DNA of 64,000 nt from the NCBI GenBank assembly GCA_965178125.1, contig OZ237745.1:186001-250000 (forward strand), in the 5' to 3' direction. A model generated the notes under the pieces. The model saw only the letters and a list, made by a program, of their open reading frames with translations, was not told the origin of the DNA and made no database searches. Numbering within the stretch: position 1 is the stretch's first letter; each line of letters begins with the position of its first letter. The translations under genes were made by a program, and so were the position numbers. The DNA is from Bilabrum cf. latius. Its lineage: Eukaryota. This document shows, piece after piece, positions 56,901 to 64,000 of the stretch.

Positions 56901-59435
56901 AACGACCGTAAAGCAGAGCGGTACGTTCATCAGATGGTGCTTGATCCGTACACGGGCAACGTGACCTCCTACAGGAGCTATCACACCGACGGGCCGTCGG
57001 CTAGTGTGCTGTCTAACGGGTGGATCTGCTGGTCTGAGGAAGAAGTCTCGAGCGGCGCTATCCCTGTGTGCGACGTGTGGACGGGTCCCGTCAAGGGAAT
57101 TGTCGGGTTTAATGACATCGATCAACGGCCGCCGAGAGATAGAAAGGTTCACTCGATCGTGGGTAGCCAGGTCAGTTCCCACAGCCTCATGGCCGTCGTT
57201 TTCTGGCCCGGGATGGGTCTCACGCCCGTACACATGAGCCTTGAACTGCCGCTGTCCTTCAGTTTCAGCGACCAAAGGTACGTGGTGCTTGAGGACGACC
57301 CTACTGGCGCTGCTCCCTTCCGTGGGTTCCAGCTCTCCGTTGGGCATGGAGTCCGGCACTGTTTCGTGAGACTGCTGGATGGCCAAGCCGGCACCGACGA
57401 GTTCATCTCTCTTGGTGCGCCGGAAAGCTTGCTGTCCATCAGCGAAAATGGCACCATCGCTGAGGCTGAATCTCTTACGGAAGGCACACTTCATGCCGAG
57501 CTGCAACACCTACGGGTGCGCAGCATGGGGAGGCCGGAAGCAGGTAATCGTACCCTCGAGATCCAGCTGATTCTGGCAAATGGCCGGCAGCAATCCGCTA
57601 CTGCGACGGTGTTCGTGGCTGCCGCAGATGACCCGCCCGTTGTGGTGCTGCGACGAGGCGACACCATCGCTCACCATGCCGAAGACGGCGGACCAACGCT
57701 GGTCTTCCCGAACGCCAGCGTCACCGACGAAGAAGGCGACCACGTGCGGCTGATGGTGGAGATCGCAGACCGCCAGTCTGGTGACGGGCTCGTTCTGCTG
57801 CCCGCGCGAGGTAGTGGGCAAGGTGATCGGCTGAGCGAATTTTTGGAGGTGGGTGGCAGAAATTACACCGCAACAGAAAATGCCACGTCATTTCTGCGCC
57901 GTGTTGCCTTCGTGGCTGGTGAGAGTGCTCCAGCATCTCGCACTTTGACAGTGTTGGTCTGGTCTGCGGCGCAGCCATCTGCAGCTCCAGTCGTACACAG
58001 CATCACCGTGCAGATTGTCCCACGGAACGATGCACCGATCGTATCGGGGCCGACCAGCGCGGTGCAGTATACTGAACAGCAGGCGAGCCCAGCAGAGCTG
58101 TTTGATGGGATGGCTGTAGCAGATCCAGACGACACAATGATTTCGGCACAGGTCCTGCTGCGTTCTGCGTTCGCTGGCGACAGCCTCGTTCTCTCCAACG
58201 GCGCCTCTGTGTCCGGGTCTTCGCCCAGCACTGATCCAGTGCTTAGCTCTGACGGCCTATCTGCCGATATTCAGCTCGAAAATATCGATGAAGTGCTTCG
58301 ACAGCTGGCCCTGGTTGGCTTTCGGGGCGCTACTGACGGCACCCTACCTGCCGGTGTGCGATCCGTCACCGTCACCATCACGGACAATGGCAGCGCAGGG
58401 CAGACGCCCTCAAACGCATTGAGCGCAAACTACTCCCGACAGATTGAGGTGCAGCTGCTGCCTAGCCCTAGCCCCAGCCCCAGTCCAGCAAACGAACCGG
58501 TGAGTGCGTGTGCAAATGTACGTTCCCTTGCGCTGCAACTTGCTGGTACACACCTCCTAATTTACTCCTTATGCCCACACAAATACGCGCAGGGGGCTCC
58601 AAGCTCGCCATCGCCATCGCCGTCGTCCTCGCCACTGCTGCCACCGGCCACGGCTCCCCTGCTAAACGACACTGGCTCCAAGGTGTGCCAAGCTCCCAGC
58701 ACTCAGCTGTTGGCGAGCGATCTGGCCGTTGAGATCCAGCTACAGGTGGTCGGTGTCACTCTTGACAACGTGTCCTGCAGCGGGATGCAGCTCCTCGCGG
58801 GCAACATCACAGACGGCACCGGCGTGCTCCCTGAAGACGCGGCTACGTGGGCCTCCGAGGCAGCGACGAATCCAGCTGCTGACAGGCGGGTGCTGCATAC
58901 GCTGGAGGCACGCAGACTGCAAGGAGCATCAAACTTAGGCGACGGCAACCCAACTGTGGATGTTTACGTACAAGTCCCGGCGGACTCGCCCGAGGCCGCC
59001 GCACGTGTGCGAAGTGCGGCAAGTGCGGCCCTGCAGCGGCCTGAGATCTTGGCCCAGGTAGTAGCACCAGAGGCCAGGGACTCGGCCGTCGTGCAGGTGC
59101 CCACAGGCAGCGAAGGTGTCCGGATTGCGTCCAGGAGTGCCGCTGGCGGTGGGGACACGGACACAGGTGGCGAGTCGTCCGATGTGGAAGGCGCCACCAT
59201 CGCCATCATCGTGCTGTGCGTGGTCGTTGTGGCGGGCATCGGCGTCGTTGCCGCGTGCTACTGCAGGAGACCTAGACGAGCTGGCAGGCCAGCTGGCGGC
59301 CAGGGCAAACAAGCTTCATCGTCGGGTAGCGCCGAGGATAGGCGGGGGTCAACTGGGAGACAGGGGCGTGCTGCGGACGGCGACGTGGACTATGCACAGG
59401 TTCAGACTGGTTCGAATCCTGCAGAACAGGTGTGA
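53919..59435 (+). CDS. Type-I surface protein: ELWxxDGT-like propeller repeats, cadherin/Ig-like NDAP repeats, Ser-Pro stalk, TM helix; ~1765-1795 aa
   Basis: Exon 53919-53973 spliced to 54103-59435 (probable further in-frame intron 58500-58592); 9 TAG; TGA end. Signal peptide ILVAAATALVCFTSVEA; HGHEPHCFD...LADVNPGPQGS; DGIGREPYEF; AADDPPVV; PRNDAPIVSGPTSAVQYTE; PSPSPSP; TM IAIIVLCVVVVAGIGVVAACYC. Confidence 0.8.
53974..54102 (+). other. spliceosomal intron (129 nt, phase 1)
   Basis: GTGAGA...ACCGCAG. Removes the in-frame TAA at 54090-54092 and creates a signal peptide. Confidence 0.75.
58500..58592 (+). other. probable in-frame, stop-free intron (93 nt)
   Basis: GTGAGT...ACGCGCAG with lower GC, interrupting the Ser-Pro stalk. 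Confidence 0.65.
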
Positions 59436-60057
59436 CGATCCGGTCGAGTGAAGCGCAAACGCGACGATGAACAGCGGTGGTGCGACAGGCACCTGCTCCG
59501 TCATCAATCTGAATCCTCGCTGAAGACTGGTAGATGAATCAATTTGCAATCGATCAAAGTTCCAGGGTGTCCCAGTTTAGTCCGTGGTGCTGTGAGCCGA
59601 GCCTCTAGCTCCGCAATGCGAGCATTCGAAATCACCACCTGACCCCGCCTGTGTTCCACTTCTGAACCAGCTTCCCCGAGGCCCCCTCGGAAGCAACTCA
59701 ACCAGTCCAGCTCGGCATCATCCAGCAAGCCTCCAAGGACTTGAGCACCTTCACGCACTCGTGATGCACACCCTCCAGAGCTGGCCGCTCGACGATCGAC
59801 CCTTCCTTACTAGTCCCCCGCCAGCTTGCCAACTCGAAGCAGCTCTCTCAGCTCTAGAGGCCTGCCCTCGCTCGTGCATGCTACTAGATTTAATCCTGCT
59901 GGGGCGGATGTAGCGGAGTTTGTGTCCCTTTCTGCTCCATCCGCCCCAGCATGGGCAGCGATCAGCTCGGACCTGCGTGGCTCGGAAGCCTCGATGAGCG
60001 GCACAAATTGACGAGTGCTGGACATGGACTAGCCTTGGGGTTCCAAAACGATCTCAG

Positions 60058-61152
60058 TCACGACTCAGGCGGGAACAAAATTCGAGCGAATTCCTTGCTG
60101 CTCAGCAAGGCTGCACTGCTGGCATCTTCCAGCATGAACTCGAACTGCATGGGCCTGCGAGTGAGATCCGCTGACTAGACCCTCAGCCGTCCGCAGAATA
60201 CGTAGGGCTCGCCAGGAAGTCGACAGAAGAGGCAAACGGGGCACGCGGGCACTGGATCAGCACCTGAGTCATCTCGCTGGGCTTCTTGCTCGCTGCTGCC
60301 TTTGCCGCTGCCTCTCAGGCTGCTGCTGGGTGTTGCATCGGGGCTGCCAGCGCCAGCTTTGCCTGAAGCAGCTGCTCCGGCGGCTGTAGCCAGCTCGCAT
60401 CCAGCCAATATGCGCAGGATCACGGCAGATTTGGGGTGCTGCGTTCGCTGAGCAAACCAGCGCACGGAAATGTGCTCGCCTTCCCTGGGCACTTGCTCAT
60501 TTGCAGAACTAGAGCTGCTGCTACTGCTGGAGCTGCTGCTGCTGGCTGCGACCCCTTTGGCGTGTTCCTGTGCGACCCGCGCATACGATTTCATGAGGTC
60601 CCCAGAGAACGCATTTTCGTAGTATTCTTCCCCTCCCACGTTCACGAAGAGAAAAACAGCGTTTTTCCACTGCTGAATACCTGACATGCGGCTGAACCGG
60701 ACTCGCTGCGAACTGGCGCAGGCTGTTTGCATCACTGCCCGCTTGGCCTGCTTGCCTGAGCCGCCTAGGTGGTATGGAATGTGTTTACCTAGCCAGCTTT
60801 TGATCATCTCTTCGACATCGGCATCTAAATCTCGGCTTGAGCCTTCCTGCCGTGCGGCCGCATTCGATACCGCCAAAATATGGGCAGCCTCTGCTGCTGA
60901 TGGAAGCGTGCCGTCTCCAGAGGAAACAGGAGCTGGCTCAATGCGCCTTCGTTTCGATACCACCATCTCGGCTGTATCTTCTGCACCACCTTCATCTGAT
61001 ACGTCAGTCTCCGCGTAGCTGCGTCGGGCCGTGGCGCTCAAGCGGGTACTTCGTCGCCTTGGACCAGCGGGAATGTACTCCTCATCGTCCTCGTTCGATT
61101 TGATGCGCCGACGCTTTCTGTTTGACTTCTTATGGCTTTTCACCTCTGCCAT
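60058..61152 (-). CDS. Conserved hypothetical protein, DUF3427-like C-terminal domain, 364 aa
   Basis: ATG 61152, one TAG (60177-60175), TGA at 60060-60058. Basic NLS-like N-terminus. SGIQQWKNAVFLFVNV..YENAF, VRWFAQ, CLFCRLPGEPYVFCGRL[V-TAG]...PMQFEFMLED. The domain name is tentative. Confidence 0.7.
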
Positions 61153-61393
61153 GGATTGCAGCCGCCGAGCTACCCCGTCACCTCCAGCGCCCAGGCCTGA
61201 TTCCTACAAGATGCTTTGTTTGGCGCTAATAGCCTACCTGCGCATTTCGTCATAGTCCATTGCGCTACAAACGTAACCAGGGAGTTTCCGATCAGATTTG
61301 GGTAGGGCTACTTGCGTTCGTCATCACGCCAGTTGCACTTGCGAGCCGTTACAGTTTGTAGAACGCTAGCATCAACGAGAAATATCCACATAG

Positions 61394-64000
61394 ATGGAAA
61401 GCTCCATAAATCTTAGTTTAAATACGACTGGCCCGACCGGAGCTAGCTCGATTCTGGATGCGAGCTCTGTCGCGGCTGCTGCAAGCCAGGCCAGGGCATC
61501 AGCTCGTTTAGCTAGGCACCTAAGCACAGCGGCTACTAGACCTTCCACCACGGGACCTGTTCGGGCTGTGCATATAATGCAAACAGATAACTCTGGATCA
61601 CTGTCAGCAGTTGAACCCAAGGCGGCCGACCCGCTAAATGACTCGATCCATAGCAGCACTGCTCGAGGCAAGCCCAGGCGGCCTAAGCCAGGACAACGAC
61701 CTTAGAAATCCGAGCAAGTAGAAAACGCAGCGCCAAGCACATCCTCTGTTGACATTGTAGGTGTGCCGGTTGCCATCTCCTGCCCTGCACAGCAGCCGCA
61801 GCTGCCGAGAAAGCTGAAGGAATCCACCTCAGACGAGAACCATGCTGCCAGCCGCCGAAGTGTCAGGCACCGGCAGTCGCAGCCATAGGATCGATCGTCT
61901 AGCTTTCTTGTAGAATCGCAGCACGAAGCCCCTAATCCGTCTTCGGCTCTACCAGGCAAAAGAGAATCCGCCACACTAGCAGCGGACGATGGACACGAGA
62001 CAGCGAGACGGGGCGGGGGTAGTCGTGCTGGCGGTGGGCAGCTCACGCAGCACGGGTACGATACCAGCTAGAAAGAGAAGGGGCAAACTCAAAAACTTCA
62101 TGACATCCACGGCCAGCCCGCTTCCTTCTCGTCCTACCTCGACCGGACCGACGAGGACGAGGACAGGGACATGGACAGCCGGACTGGTGTGAGGCCTCCG
62201 ACCCTCCCCCCTCGTCAAGGCCTTCTTCCAGGCTACCTGCACTAGCGCTCGGGTACCGCTGCTGCTGATATTGGTGTGACTAGTGCGGTTTCTGGCACGG
62301 ATGTACCATCGAATTCTAGCAGTGCCAGTGCTATTGCAACTAGCAGAGCTGCGACCTTGCGTGACCCCATGCGAGGCAGCCTGCACGGGCACGGTCGGCT
62401 TGCCCAGCAGGCATGGGGTGCTGCAGCTCGAGCTATAGGCCCAGTGCACGCGGCAGGCGGATTCTCGTTGTCGATCTAGCCTGCTGTGGACAGCAGTGAG
62501 GCACGACAGCAGCCGCCAGTGCCTTAGTTTAGTTCTTTCCTCGGAGGCCGTGGAGCACTGCGGCAGAGCCATGACGGAGGTCGTGGTCTCGCCATTCTCA
62601 GAGGCGGGTCCAAATTGCATCCACACGGCAAGAATGTGCCAGCGAGTGCGCGCCACTCCGGTCGTGAGCGAAACGCTGTCCCAGTGCCGAAGCCAGACAG
62701 CGATCACGATCGGTCGGCCAGGCGGCGAAGGTCGATGCCACAGGCAGCCGAGCTTGCCGCCCTGCTCCGACAAGCCGAGGAGCAGGACCTCATCCAGTCC
62801 ATGATCGAGGGCGAAATGCCATCGTTTGCTGCAAGCGACGCCAGCGGTCGCATCGCAACCAGTAGGCATGGTAAGCAGCGAAAGTCTCTCGGGGGTACTC
62901 ATGGTCGTGCTGGACATGGGCCAAGCATGGTCGTGCTGGATGAGGCACTGCTGTCAGTATCCATGCAAGCCCCAGCTTTGCCCGATGAGATGCAAAACGA
63001 GGCCAACAGTGAAAACCATGATCAATAGGCTGATAGCTAGAACACGACAAGAGGCCAACGCGTTGTGCCCGGTGGATCGCGCTCCCGCAAGAAGCCAGCT
63101 CAATCAACGCAGCCCATCGGCAGGCAGCTGCCTTGGGAGGGGCAACAAGTACGACCGCAAGCAAGACCCAGCAGAAGCTCATCTGTCGATTCTAGCCAAA
63201 GACGATAGTCTGGACGATCGCTGGCAGCACCGGAGTATCACCCCGCGAAGAAGCGCAAGGAGCTGTAGCGCATTAGCTTTCTGGACACATCTCGACTCAC
63301 CGTTGGCTCGTATAGCCGGCAGTAGCCCGCTGGTGACTAGAATGGAAGCCGTTTCCTTGATGTTCAGAGTCACGCTCATGCAGAAACAGCTGAGCTTCGC
63401 AATACTTCTGGCGGACTAATTCATGATCGTGGGAGCACGGTCGGTTTAGGCCAGTAGCTTCGATCTGACCCCAGCAGCGCAGACTAGGCACCAAACGAAG
63501 CTGTATCGCAGGCAAAAGAGGGGGCAAGGCAAAGAAAACTACCATCAAGTGATGTATCACCTCCCAGTGACGAATCGGCGGCTTTGACGGACTCTGCAGG
63601 CCCTGCTCATCCGAGTGAGCCGGGGCGTGCGAGCCATGCACAGCCCGGGCCGCAACCGACGCGACCATCCGCGACCAATAGGCATACATTTGCAAGAGCC
63701 AGCCCCGCAGCTGCCATCCAGGCCCTTGCTACCATGCAGCCTCGAGCAGCTGATATGCCTCGTGGGACCATTGACCTGCAAGAGTGGTGGCGGGTGGGCT
63801 TAGATGGCACAGGCAGGCTGGCCATGCCGCCGGTGGAGCAAAGGTTTGACGAGCCGACGGCCGAGGCCATTGAAGTAGCAATAGAGGAAGCGCACGAATC
63901 GAATTCTAGCATCGGCAACCATTCCGGTGGCAGGAGCAGCAGTCGAGAAGACCATCGCCAGCTTTCGGCGGCCAGGCGGATGGGCGCACATCTCCAACGC
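61394..64000 (+). CDS. Low-complexity hypothetical protein, 3'-truncated by the window edge (869+ codons)
   Basis: One frame from ATG 61394 to the window end with ~14 TAG and no TAA or TGA. No domain recognised. Confidence 0.75.

Noticed and set aside
462-64000. Cluster of pseudogenes with nonsense mutations
   Set aside because: The interruptions are exclusively TAG, with no frameshifts, TAA or TGA. They affect essential genes (TFIIF-beta, INTS6, SSNA1) whose motifs and splice sites are intact.
462-64000. C-to-T damage, RIP-like mutation or sequencing error producing CAG>TAG
   Set aside because: The same process would turn the abundant CAA and CGA codons into TAA and TGA, which are absent from exons on both strands.
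1-64000. Suppressor tRNA-Gln(CUA), eRF1, rRNA, transposon or endogenous virus within the window
   Set aside because: None recognised by eye. The decoding machinery must be sought elsewhere in the genome, and a covariance-model search is needed to exclude small RNAs.

Overview
Gene-dense, GC-rich nuclear DNA from a flagellated eukaryote (spliceosomal GT-AG introns; ciliary and centriolar genes SSNA1, an EFHC/Rib72 DM10 protein and a TTL-family protein). The main signal is a non-standard genetic code. The fragmented ORF track collapses into 13 complete and 2 edge-truncated genes if TAG is read as a sense codon. By hand count about 150 in-frame TAG codons sit inside these frames, with no in-frame TAA or TGA in any exon. 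Eleven complete genes end in TGA and two in TAA. TAG falls on a conserved Gln of SSNA1 and inside CAG runs, so the best reading is UAG=Gln with UAA and UGA kept as stops, a rare uncoupling of UAG from UAA. Genes in order: partial 5' end (-), WAPL-like, TFIIF-beta, SSNA1/DIP13, CCDC66/CSPP1-like coiled-coil, Zn-ribbon/WW/PH/GYF/UIM adaptor, EFHC/Rib72, giant CNBD-family channel with a non-canonical pore and split CNBD, WDR1/AIP1, unknown membrane protein, degenerate TTL-like giant, INTS6-like, bacterial-style surface adhesin, DUF3427-like protein, and a partial low-complexity protein. Family calls come from remembered motifs, not database searches. Counts and exon boundaries were worked out by hand. 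No rRNA, tRNA, CRISPR or mobile element was recognised.
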